From Mesotaenium endlicherianum (Eukaryota), in the NCBI GenBank assembly GCA_009602735.1, contig WELA01002202.1:62001-126000 (forward strand): DNA of 64,000 nucleotides. Reading direction: 5' to 3'. The position numbers were made by a program, and so were the translations under genes. Positions 38,441-49,663 of the stretch are shown one piece after another. Position 1 is the first letter of the stretch; every line of letters begins with the position of its first letter. The notes under the pieces are model-generated. The model worked only from the letters and a program-made list of their open reading frames with translations, made no database searches and was not told the DNA's origin.

Positions 38441-39650
38441 TGTCGCGGCTACTATCCATTTGACAGCGTTACACGCGTAACGCAAGTTACGACCCCCCAG
38501 GTACGGTAGTCAACGTTGACCACAAGTCCACTAATTGACCACCAACAGATCAACCTTGGCACAGGATACGTGCAGATTGAAAAATAGGTTGACCCCGACC
38601 CTCAGGGGTGAAGCGGTGATTGACGGCCCAGTCAGCTGGACAGCTGACCAAGCCGAGGCGGCAAGATTGTATAGCTCAGCTGAGAAGCTGACATGGTCAA
38701 ATGACCATGTGAAGACGCCCAGTCAGCTGCAAATTTGACTGTGCTACAGACATGCAGGCGTCATAAGGAGCACAAGCGCTGATTGGACGACGCTCTCAGT
38801 CGCTGGACTCGGGTCGAGGCTGCCACGACTTAAGCAGCCAGCCAAAGGGCGTGGGTCGCTAACGTCACACAGCCTTGCATGCTAATTGAGGAGCTAAGAC
38901 GACCGAGCGGTAAGCTCGAGGTTACATGTATGACTCGGTGGAAGAAGACGCGGCATGGAAACTCGCGAGGAAGAGAATCCCGCATGCGTGGTGCTTGGAT
39001 AAGGCACGAGGGTTGCACGCACTCGCCTCATTCTTGCCACCCACATCTGCCACTGAAGCAAAAGGAGCGCAAGAGAGAGAAAGAGAGAGAGAAGGAAGAG
39101 AAGGGCGCAAAGAAGGAGTTCCCAAGGCCATAGGAGAGCCTAGGAAGCACGCTCCAACCGACGCTCGAAAGTTTCCCTTTTTGTGTATCAAAAAAAAAGG
39201 TTGGAGTAAGAAGATCCCAAGAAGCAAGAGCTTACATAATAGATTCTGCTAGGACTTCTAGCACATAGTTCAGATCAAACACCACAGGTGTGCGAGTTAG
39301 TTTCCAAGTTCTCAGAAGTCTCAGTTGTCGAATTGCTGTTAGCAAGAGCAGAATTTGCGTTTGAAGCTCTTAGTGAAGAACTGAGTGAGCTTAGCCGGCA
39401 GTGGAAACTGCTAAGGCAAGGCACTGGGCAAAGAGCTGAACTCAAACCTGCAGTAGAGTCATAAGTTTAGAGTTTTGTAAGCTGTCACTTTGTGAAGTTA
39501 AGCAAAAGTCTGAAAGGCAACTCTCTCTGAAACATTGATATTGCTGGTGCTATCTTGCTTAGATGTGATTTCTGCACACTACAATTTATTCACTTGGTTA
39601 AGCCATCAACTTCGGCAAAAGCCAATTTGGAAGTAAGGCACTTCTGTTCT
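38441..39650 (+). repeat. Terminal repeat segment Y, copy 2
   Basis: Direct repeat of 2016-3258. Confidence 0.9.
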
Positions 39651-39994
39651 TGTAAGAGGAAAAGAGGGATGATAAAATTTTTGCAAGAATTGCCAAGTCC
39701 TGTAAAGGAACCATGGGAATGAGTTTGCGGAGAGCAAAAGCACCTCATGGTCACCCCTTTGCATTTCCTTCACTGCAGGAAGACCAAAAATGGTTCAACC
39801 TCACAGCAGAATTGCACCAACACACGTGCGAAGGGCAATCGACCAAGGCAATCGGCACGTGCAGAGCTGCACTGCCCAGTCGACCATGGCAAAGTCCACA
39901 CGTGAGAGGAGTCACCGACACATCGACCAGGTCGACGGCACACGTGCTGGAAAGCCATACACGTGCCAGGGGACTGACACTGTTAGGCACGACA
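39651..39994 (+). repeat. Terminal repeat segment X, copy 2 (element A 3' end)
   Basis: Ends CACGACA at the insertion junction. Confidence 0.9.
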
Positions 39995-40044
39995 TTAGGT
40001 CTCGTTAATTATATAAAGTTTGGGCCTATTTTGGTGATTTTTTA
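39995..40044. mobile_element. Remainder of the MULE MITE right TIR
   Basis: Reverse complement of 1363-1410, followed by the 9-bp TSD copy. Confidence 0.75.
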
Positions 40045-40199
40045 TAAGACAAACAATTTTGAATGTGTCCCTTAGTAGCGCAACCATCTGAGCCAACTAA
40101 TGTGAGGACTCCAGAAGGCGTGACTATTGCGACGTGCAAGTTAAGCGGCTAAGTGGATACGTCGAGAGTAGACTGTGGTTGGCGATTGAGATAGACGTA

Positions 40200-40580
40200 A
40201 TCCCGATTTCATAAGAAGGAATGAGAGGATGGTACGGGCCATTGCGTGTATGAGCATAACGCAAAGTGTCGCGGTGTTGAGCAATGGGCAAGTTAGCCGT
40301 AGCCATTGGCATGATGCGTTGGAACAAAAGCAATTGAGCGTGGATTTTGGTTTGCCAGCCTGATGATTGACAGAGGAGTGTTAAGACGTCACTGCAGGGA
40401 GGAAGGAATGACGTCTGACAATCGTACAACAAAAATAAGGGAAGAACAAACACAAGGACGCTTGGCGGCTAAAGTTGTACCCCTTCAGTAATCGTGGAAG
40501 TGCAAGGTCCCAGTCTGAAACGGTGTGCTGAATGTGCTCATGCAGACTGCGTTTGACGATTTGGACCATGCGTTCAGCAA
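40200..40580 (-). pseudogene. Integrase remnant similar to element A
   Basis: LAERMVQIVKRSL...WDLALPRLLKGYNFSRQASL resembles RIVQTVKSAL...WDLALSWLVMGYRFSMQAAL. Confidence 0.65.
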
Positions 40581-41557
40581 GAGCTGAATTGGATTCACTA
40601 CGCATGCCTATGTAATGATACGAACAAAAAAGGTAGCTCAAGATACTTTGATCGCGCGCCAATTGTACTTTTACACATTCAAATCAACACTTTTGTTGCG
40701 TTTTGACGATGTGTCGCACGCGCCGCATCCGGCGACGTGCCAAATCGTTACAGTCCTCTCACCTACAAGTGTGCACGTCTCGGGCACTAAGGCCGCGGCG
40801 GTGTGAGGGACGTTGTTTTGGGATAGTGTCCTTTCTTCGTACAATTCGAAGATCGCCATACAATCGTACCATCGACCATTCTCTCACCCTGAGCACCCTT
40901 GTCGGCCCTCCTTCGAGTTTGCGTTCTTGCATTTTGTTGAGCAGCGGCACCGTGACCGACCTGAACCAAACCTCTCGCCAGTCGTCGTCCAACTTTGCTC
41001 GGTTGTGGAGAAGGGGACGACGTCGGGTTTTGATGGGGACGGGGACGGTGACGGAGCTGGTCCCGAACCTCCACGTTAGCAATGAGGGGCTTCAATACGA
41101 CCCCCAACGACACCGATATGTTACAGATCTTGAACCCTGGTCTCCTGGACACGGTTGCGTATGTTTGCGCTCCGATACCAATGTAGCAATACAACCAAAA
41201 AGGTAACTTGAGGTACTTTGATCTCGCGCCAATTGTACTCATACACATTCAAACCGATACTTCCATTGCATTTTGGCAATGTGTCGCATACGCCACATCC
41301 GCCCACATGGCAGATTGTTACAGCGTGACAACCAAATAGAGGAGACCATCAGCAATGTAGATCCCCAAAGAGTAAACACATTGGATGATCTTGTTCAATT
41401 TGATGTCCAACATTTCTTTGCTATATCGGGAGAACAATGCGAAATTCAAAAAGAGTCAGTCTGTCTTATTCTATTGCATTGCATGATTACAAGTAGGAAG
41501 TGAAGGGTATTTGTTGACGGAGGACGTCACATTTTTTTATCCAAAAGGACTTAGTTG
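40581..41557 (+). pseudogene. Family B pol 5' fragment, split by a TRIM
   Basis: Matches ~18997-19256 on both sides of the TRIM. Confidence 0.75.
40611..41322 (-). mobile_element. TRIM-like miniature LTR element
   Basis: ~141-bp TG...CA repeats (40611-40752, 41182-41322); iMet PBS complement 41169-41180; PPT complement 40753-40764; degenerate TSD GCCTA/GCGTG (host sequence GCCTG). Confidence 0.8.
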
Positions 41558-41660
41558 CGCTAATGAAACTATCAGACGCTCCTGAATCAATGACTATGAG
41601 ACATGAGCGGCCTAAGATGTAAGTCTCAATTGTCATACTTAAAGCCAAAGAAGCATTATG
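41558..41660 (-). pseudogene. Retroelement aspartic protease remnant
   Basis: ILGRSCLIVIDSGASDSFIS. Confidence 0.55.
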
Positions 41661-42610
41661 CATCACAAGCAATGTCCTCGCCTTGAGAGGAAAGTGGGAA
41701 ATATGGAGGTACTTTACCGAAGTCCCATTTTGCATTGCCGAACCCGCACGAAAATGAGTGATTGGTTTGGACTTCTCGCGTTTGTGCATGAATGTAGCAA
41801 TATAAATTGGTGCAAGACACTTGTGCATTTTTTGTAAGCGAGACGAGTGTGCATAACACTTTTCAAGGTTAGAATCATGCTGTTAAAAGTGCAAGAAAAT
41901 GCAAGCATGGATGCACTCAAGTCTCGTAAACTTGTCAAAGCTCAACACTTGCATACCAATATATTCACAACAAAATTTATTGATATCGGGTATGTCAGAG
42001 ATAACAAAAATTGTTGGTGTATGTAAACAAACACTTTTCGCTCACTAAGTAGTGTTGTAAATAGCTCAGAAGGAGGCGCAGTGATTGGCTCCTGAGCTAC
42101 TTCATTGGGACCAATCCTCAAATCCTTTCTTGAAGGACACTTTGTGGAGGTATGTCCCTGTTGGCCACATGACAGGCCTCTAGAGGTCGCACGTGTTAGG
42201 CTGTCGATTATGGTCGGTCTGGTCTACTGGAGGGCGGCCAAGCTACTCTGAGCGCGTGCCCTAGCTAGCTCAACGTTCAGCCTAGGGCCATTTTAGCTCA
42301 GCTGTGCGCTAGCACTGTTGTGCGCGCACGGGACCTTCAGCAGCCGTCACCTACGTCGCCTTCGTTAGTCCCCTCTCGCTCTCTCTCAGCTAAGCTTGGA
42401 TGTTAAAACTAGCTATAAGTCTAAACTTCGCTGGTCAGCCTTCACTTTTGACCAGCAAATCTTTGATGTATACCTGGAATCTTCAATCACTGGCATTGTC
42501 TTGGGAGATCAGTGCAAGGTGCAAGCCGTTATAGAAGTCAGCGTGAGATTTATCATTTAGCTCCAAAGATCGTGTGCTAGCCAAAGCGCACAAAACCGAG
42601 GGCCTGAAGG

Positions 42611-43445
42611 CCTAGTCATGGGATACTCGCGTATCGGTAGGTTAGTCGCGTATTACGCGGCGTATTACGACGTATTTGCAAAATACGTATAGTAGGCGTA
42701 ATAAAAAATAATTATGTAGGTCGTCTTCGCTCTTTTCCGTCCACTTTATTTGCTTTAAATTACATTGACTACAATTTAACTTCAAGTGTCAGTCCGCGCA
42801 CGTACGGCGGAGTGGTTTCAAGTTAGCTTCGTTTCGACATTCAACACATCGTGACAAATGGCGGCAAATGACGGCATAAGCCGGCTCCTTAGCAAAAAAA
42901 GCGGTCGCGAGCTAATCGGGCCGAGCGAAAATGTGTCGACAGATCGAACGGACCAAGTTGCGCCACACAGGCCCCTGTTGACAAAAAATGACAGCGAGGT
43001 GTGGCGAGGGGCCAAGAAAAACCAAGGCCCCCCTTCGCTGACAAACAGGGGTAGGCGACGGGGTACAGGCTTGTCAGAATCACCCCGGCCACCCAACAAC
43101 GTGGGCCAAGGGAGTCCCTGGCCCGGTTGACAACATAGAGGCCAAAATTGAAAAAGGCCTCGAGGCCCGACTCCCCAGCACTCCCAACTCCCGCGACTCC
43201 CGAGTGCTCCGGAGTCCCTCGACAGCCACTTCCCGCCTAATTGGCGGTGAGTGGACCCGACCCCGTCGTTTTTTCGGTCAGGTTGTCACAATCGACGAAT
43301 TTTGAGCTTCCCACACGCGCGACCGGTTTATTGGTCGACTTTTACGACGACACACGTATTTAACACGTTTTACGGCCTGGGTTGACGAAATACGTGTGTA
43401 CGTATGCGTTATGCGTATACGACAAAAACGTATCCCATGACTAGG
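42611..43445. mobile_element. MITE (hAT-like)
   Basis: Perfect TIR CCTAGTCATGGGATAC/GTATCCCATGACTAGG; CGTA-rich subterminal repeats; flanks CCTGAAGG/CGTGGAGG. Confidence 0.75.
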
Positions 43446-43717
43446 CGTGGAGGCCTCGTGGTTGATGATTCTATCGGAAGTTGCTTGTTGAAATAGCGCA
43501 AGCTGATAAAAATTTCTCCAGAGGCCTCATTGTCGGCCTGCTTGCTAGAAAGGCTGAAGAGCCAACTCATTCACTGGTCAAAAGTGCATTGGTGCTTAGC
43601 TGCATGTTCCAGCCGCTAGTTGATATCATTTTTATAGTTATCCTTTGTAGAAAGGGGCAGCATCGTTGACTCAACTAGCCAAATTGAATGCATCAGAGCT
43701 AGAACCTCACCGCTCTG

Positions 43718-46700
43718 TGAAAGGGGAGAGGGGTGCGGGGAGTGCGCCCATACACACTCACGCACCCTCACCCGCGAGTGGAAGCGTGCACGAGGACCTT
43801 TCCTAGTTGCATACACAAGGTGGAGTGGCCTGGTGGTGTGCCACCCTTGCAAGAGAGAGTGAGTTACATGAGAGAGGAGTGGAAAAGAACTCACTTTTTT
43901 AAGAAAAGTCGTGTACAAGATAAGAAGGTTAGACTAGACTAGAGAAGACTAGACTCCCTCTCCTTCTTTGTGCTTCCCATTTATGCTTCAACTCTAAGTG
44001 TCCTCTTTAGCAAAGTACCTCCAGAACCTTCTACTATGGCTCCTTCCATGTAGGTGACCTTGCCTACTTGGACAAGCTAGCACACTCACACGCACACAAT
44101 TACACTCTAGAATATTCTACTACACAATCCACTAACTCCTCACGGAGTTTCTAGAAGTTCTACGAGCCTTTGGCACTCTACGTAATTGTACGTAGTTTCT
44201 GGAATCCTCACGATTCAATGTCCCACTTCTTGGACTCCAACCGAAATGTTCGTCACTGGACCTGTCCTTGTCACTCAATAGAATCCGCGACATTAAAAAC
44301 TCACTAAAAACTCCCAAAACTCATAACTTTCTCAATACTTGTCCAAATGACTTGAAATAAAAGCCAAAGTTCTTCTAATCTCACACTCTATGCATATAAA
44401 ATGCTAGAAAAGTACAAACCACACTTTCATAATCTTACATCATCCCCCTCCTCAAGATGCGACGTCCTCGGCGCATACTAAGGATAAGTGACGTCGTATG
44501 AGGAATCGAGCTCACATATACGCTAGACAAATACATATACTCAGATATTATACAAGTTGCAGGTCTTGAACAGGCTCCAGAATGATGCTCAATACTCCAA
44601 ATTACTCCACGTAGTAAAAGCTCCATTGCATACGTAGGCTCCACACATGGCGTCTCCTTACACAAATGCATCTTTGTCTCCAACTCTTTCTTTGAATAGG
44701 CAAATATCTTCATGAAGGCTAAAATATACTCCCTTCATCATGTCCACATACTCCAAAGCTGGATCCAATGCGTAACAGTCCGCCAAATCACCAAAACACT
44801 CATTCTTCGCCCTCTTGGACAAGTGGCAGCTCCTTGTCGCGCCATGTGGCTTACTCGTGGTGCTCTCATAATATTGGCCAGATTACATCATGAATCTGAC
44901 TTCACTATGTTCCTGAACCTTCGGGTACCCTTAGCTACTCTAGCTCTAAGCCATACTCCTTGTAGAGGTATTGCACTCTCTCACTCGTGTGCGTGACTCG
45001 TGGTGACCTCTCAAGACGCCAAGTGGCACCCCCCTAACTTTTTCTGACATTTTTAGACTGAAAGTTGTGCAATCTGTATAGTATCATCCCTTTGAACTCA
45101 TTGGTATGCTTTAATTCTCCTGATTTGAAGTCTAAGACCATGAAATCAGATTGCACCTTGCCTCACACATGTGGCTCGCACGGCAGTCCAACAGACCGCC
45201 ATGTGGCACTGTCAGGACTTCAATTAATATTTTTATAACAAAAATTATTTTTTCTAAATTTGAATCCATAGGACTACCTCTCCACAAAATTTCAGAATCT
45301 GAATCTAAGTCTAACTCTCAAACAAGATCGTCATTCTGTGCCTCACGCTCGTAGGACGCACACGCACGCAACACGTATCAAGCTCCCGCGCCTACGATGG
45401 CACATGCTTAAACCCTTGATTTTGAAACTTGACTATGATTCAGAGCACGCCTTATACCAGGTCTATCACCTCATGTAGGACTCCTAGGAAAAATATTTCC
45501 CACTCTCTCTTAAATAGGCAAAAAGTAGCCAAAATCTGCCAGCTTTTACCCTCGCGCTCGCCCACCCGTAAAACCCTCAAATATGGACAGATTTGAGTAT
45601 CTTCCAAGCACTTGCTCTCAAACTTCTTTCCACTACACATCTCTTAGTTACAAATGAACTCATGGGACAGGCTTGACCTTGCTTACAAGCACTATAAACA
45701 ACTATAACACTCCCTCCCCTCGTCATGAAGGTAAGGCGCTTACCACTCGAGTGTCCAAGTCCAGATTTTACGCCTCTCTCTTGCTTGCTTGTATAGGCGC
45801 TGATTCTCCTAGCTTCATGCTCAAGTCCTTGTCATATATCTCCATCTTAGGCAGGACATATCAGCCCCATAATACTTGGTCTCCTCATCATAGGCCCATA
45901 TCCATAAAGTCGTAGTCTCCATCAAGCGACGATAATAATCTTCACAAGGCATGAGCGCATAGTCTCGCTCGTGGTGCACCAAACTCCATCATAGTCTTCT
46001 TCTTGGCTAGATGCTCACTCCCACATACTCCTGGATCTTCTTGAAGGTCAGCCTTCACACAAGGCTCCAAGAAACACATATAAAACGCCTCCATGAGCTC
46101 CATAACTTGGGCAAACGCACATAGTCTTAGTGCTTGCACCTCATCTTGTGCTCGCACACACTTTGTCTTGCAAGCGGGCTTCTCTTGAGCTCACTTCTTA
46201 GGAGCTCCTCCACTTGAGCAGTTGGGGTCTGCTCTACAAATGAGCAAGGGGATCATACACCTCTACTTGCTCCACCGGCGATGCGCGCTCGCCAAGGTTG
46301 TTAGGACGCGCGCTTGCTCCATGTGATGACCGGGCCAAGGTCACCAAAACAAGCGATTCTCCTTCACCTTCACCTTCCCGCGTTGCTTCTTTGCTAGCGG
46401 GCTGAAGATAGTTACTTGTGGTCTTATCTACCTCCACCTATTTCACAATCTTCACTTGACCATACTCCTCCTTGGTCTTCCCTTGACCCGTGCACTAAAG
46501 CACTGGAGGATAGGCTACTCTCTTTATGCAACTCCTTCCACATGCTTAGCTTCTTGAGTGCACTCTAGCCTTGGTCACCCCAATGACACTTCTTACTACT
46601 AAACCCAGCTTGCCTTGGTGCTCTACTTTCACATGAAGAGCTTCCTTAGATGCACCAAAATCTGCCCCTTAGCTATGCCAACACACAACTATTGGCACAC

Positions 46701-48899
46701 GCACTTCTAGTGGGAGACATCTCTTGCACTAGCCCTCTGGCACCAACTTCATACCTTGCTTCTTCTTCCACACCATAGGCTTATCTTCATCATAGCTCTC
46801 AACTTGAAGTACTCCATAGTAGTCTCCTCCATAAGGAAAAAAAAAATCTGAACTTGAAAGGCTCCATCTCCACTTATCTTGCTGCGTCACTTCTTCTTGC
46901 TCCAAGCCTTCTCCACGGCGCTTTTCTTCACTTGAGGCTTCATCAATCTCCATAAGAATGACCAAGCTCCATCATGGCTGGCCTACATATCCAGTGGTTA
47001 TATAGGAGTGATGCAAGGCAACCCAAATCTGGCCACATACTTGGCCAACTTGGTGCAACACCCCGGTGCACCCTCTCTTGAGCTTCTCATGAGCTCCTCT
47101 TGAGCTTGTGAGTGCTATGCCCGCCAAAGCTCCTAGACTTGCAAGTACACCTGCTTGCTAAGTCCCCGGTTGCCTACTCTCAAAATCTGCTCCACCTTCA
47201 TTGAAGATCTAAAATAAAGATGGGCACACACTCCTTTCTAGCCACTACCACCTCTATGCTGAGCCCCCCTCAAAGAAAGAGCTTAACAATAAAGAGCTTG
47301 CATCTTCAAGGAAAAATCCAACCGTGTGAACTCCAGATTTTCTTCATGCTCATATGTCTCCATACTCAAGCAAAGGTTGCTCTATATTAGTTATATCAAT
47401 ACCATGCTTGGGCAACTTTGTTATACTATAAAGAAGACGCACAAAAATCGGGTCGCATCCAAGTTAACACTTCTTGGAGCACCTCCCACTTCCCATCTCC
47501 TCCCTCCTTCAAGAGAGTGAGATGCTAGCTTGCATCAACGTCTTCATGGCTGCCCTTAACAACTTATAAATCATCCTTGTCTCCTCTCTACTCTCTCTAC
47601 ACTCCTACAAGCATCACCAACCAAAGCTCCTCCTCTAGATGAAGCAACTAGGTAGCTCCGATACCATGTGAAAGGGGAGAGGGGTGCGGGGAGTGCGCCC
47701 ATACACACTCACGCACCCTCACCCGCGAGTGGAAGCGTGCACGAAGACCTTTCCTAGTTGCATACACAAGGTGGAGTGGCCTGGTGGTGTGCCACCCTTG
47801 CAAGAGAGAGTGACTTACATGAGAGAGGAGTTGTAGTGATTTGAGTTATTATATATTAGTTTGCATATATTTTAACGTTTTCAAATATATTTGGAGTAGT
47901 ATTGTGTGGATTCAAGTGTGAATAGGTACTCTAGTGACTTGGTTCATGTCCTTTGAACCTTCTAAGGCATTTTCGAAGTTAGAGGAAAGACCTAGAAGAA
48001 CTCCACGTGGCAAAAGTCAAATGTGCCATTTTTAGGTCAAAAGGACATGTGTACATTATTCTAGAAAGAGGTGGCAAGTTTTGGGATGTGTTGGGTGCCA
48101 ACACATCAACATACACCTTCCTAGAAATTACTTATGTAGCAAGTATATAAACAAGAGCTAGAACATAGAAAGACATTCCAGAATCACTTTTGTACTTGCC
48201 AAAATCCAGAAAGAGATTAACTTTCAAGAAGCCATCTCTCTTTCAAGAAGCTACCACTTGTGTTCAAAGATCCTTGTCTTAAATAGATAAAGTATTATAT
48301 TTCACTAAGTACTTCATCTATCTGTTTCACTACAGGAGTGGAAAAGAACTCACTTTATTAAGAAAAGTTGTGTACAAGATAAGAAGGTTAGACTAGACTA
48401 GACAAGATTAGACTCCCTCTCCTTCTTTGTGCTTCCCATTTATGCTTCAACTCTAAGTGTCCTCTCTAGCAAAGTACCTCTAGAACCTTCTACTATGGCT
48501 CCTTCCATGTAGGTGACCTTGTCTACTTGGACAAGGTAGCACACTCACACGCACACAATTACACTCTAGAATATTCTACTACACAATCCACTAACTCCTC
48601 ACGGAGTTCCTAGAAGTTCTACAAGACTTTGGCACTCTACGTAATTGTACGTAGTTTCTGGAATCCTCATGATTCAATGTCCCACTTCCTGGACTCCAAC
48701 CGAAACTTTTGTCACTGGACCAGTCCTTGTCACTCAAGAGAATCTGCGACATTAAAAACTCACTAAAAACTCCCAAAACTCATAATTTTCTCAATACTTG
48801 TCCAAATGACTTGAAATAAAGGCCAAGGTTCTTCTAAAATTCACACTCTATGCACATAAGATTCTAGAAAGATACAAACCACACTTTCATGACCTTACA
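43718..48899 (-). mobile_element. Element C: non-autonomous or decayed LTR retrotransposon
   Basis: LTRs 43718-44439 and 47669-48899 (split by a solo LTR); iMet PBS complement 47655-47666; PPT complement after 44439; TSD CTCTG/CTTTG; no recognisable pol. Confidence 0.85.
47832..48334 (+). mobile_element. Solo LTR of family D
   Basis: Homologous to 57261-57757; perfect TSD GGAGT. Confidence 0.92.
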
Positions 48900-48961
48900 C
48901 TTTGGGATTGAGTAGGCGCGTTGCTCCCTTTGCCTTATTTGTGCAGTTGCCCAAAAAGCAC

Positions 48962-49663
48962 ATGTCCTGGCAGCCTGCCACGACACGTAGTGGGCACGTT
49001 TATCAAACTCAGGAGCCAGCTGTTACAACCAACGTCCCTGCTACTGACGTCCTCTCTTCCTCGCAGTTTACAAAGCCAGGTACCACAAGCTCGACGGTCG
49101 GCGCGGCGCCCAGCTCTGGACCCTGCCCATCTTCCAGTCGACGACGCGCCACTACGCACGCAAGTGACCTTAAAGGCCCCATGGAGACCCGATCAGGCTC
49201 CGATTTAGGTCGAGCAATGTACAGCAGACGGCCAGGCACCAAGGAACTCAAGACATTTCGCTCCCGATTCATCTTTCAGTATTTGTTCCAAAAGTTGCCC
49301 TTCCCAGAGCTTCACCTTAACACCTACTTCTTGTCGTTGGCTAACTGGGTGGAAGGGGCGGCCGAGTTGTACATGCAAGCTGCTGCCACACGACAATTTT
49401 GACAATGAAGACAAAGATGCGACCCCTCCTGCCGGCCAAGAAGACGCCAGGCCAGTCCCCATCAATGGCGGACGCTACAAACAGGAGTTGCCCCTTAACT
49501 CTACCCCCACTCAGATTTTGGCTGCCTGTGCGCAAGATATGAGTGCTTGTGCTAGTCGTGCTGCTCTGGAAGAGCACGTACTTGCCAATGACTTCCACAA
49601 GATCCAGGCAAGAATGGAGCGGCCGCCTAACCGTGTTTATTTGTTCTTTCAGATGTGTGCAGA
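48962..49663 (+). pseudogene. Probable gag N-terminal fragment of an A-like element (E)
   Basis: TRSGHVY resembles SRSGRIY in A gag; RAAL motif in a similar relative position; cut by the B4 LTR. Confidence 0.4.

Larger units (their letters stand above)
2016..39994 (+). mobile_element. Element A: decayed Ty3/Gypsy-type retrotransposon carrying a C5 DNA methyltransferase and PHD finger, with split direct repeats
   Basis: Domain order gag-PR-DNMT-RT-RH-IN-PHD. Termini TGTCGCG...CACGACA. Removing it plus one 4-bp copy (CTAT/TTAG) restores the MULE TIR. Confidence 0.88.

Noticed and set aside
38095..39994. X-Y-X as an independent small LTR element (TRIM/LARD) with X as LTRs
   Set aside because: No TSD around it, element A's PPT abuts X1, and Y is also A's 5' terminus.
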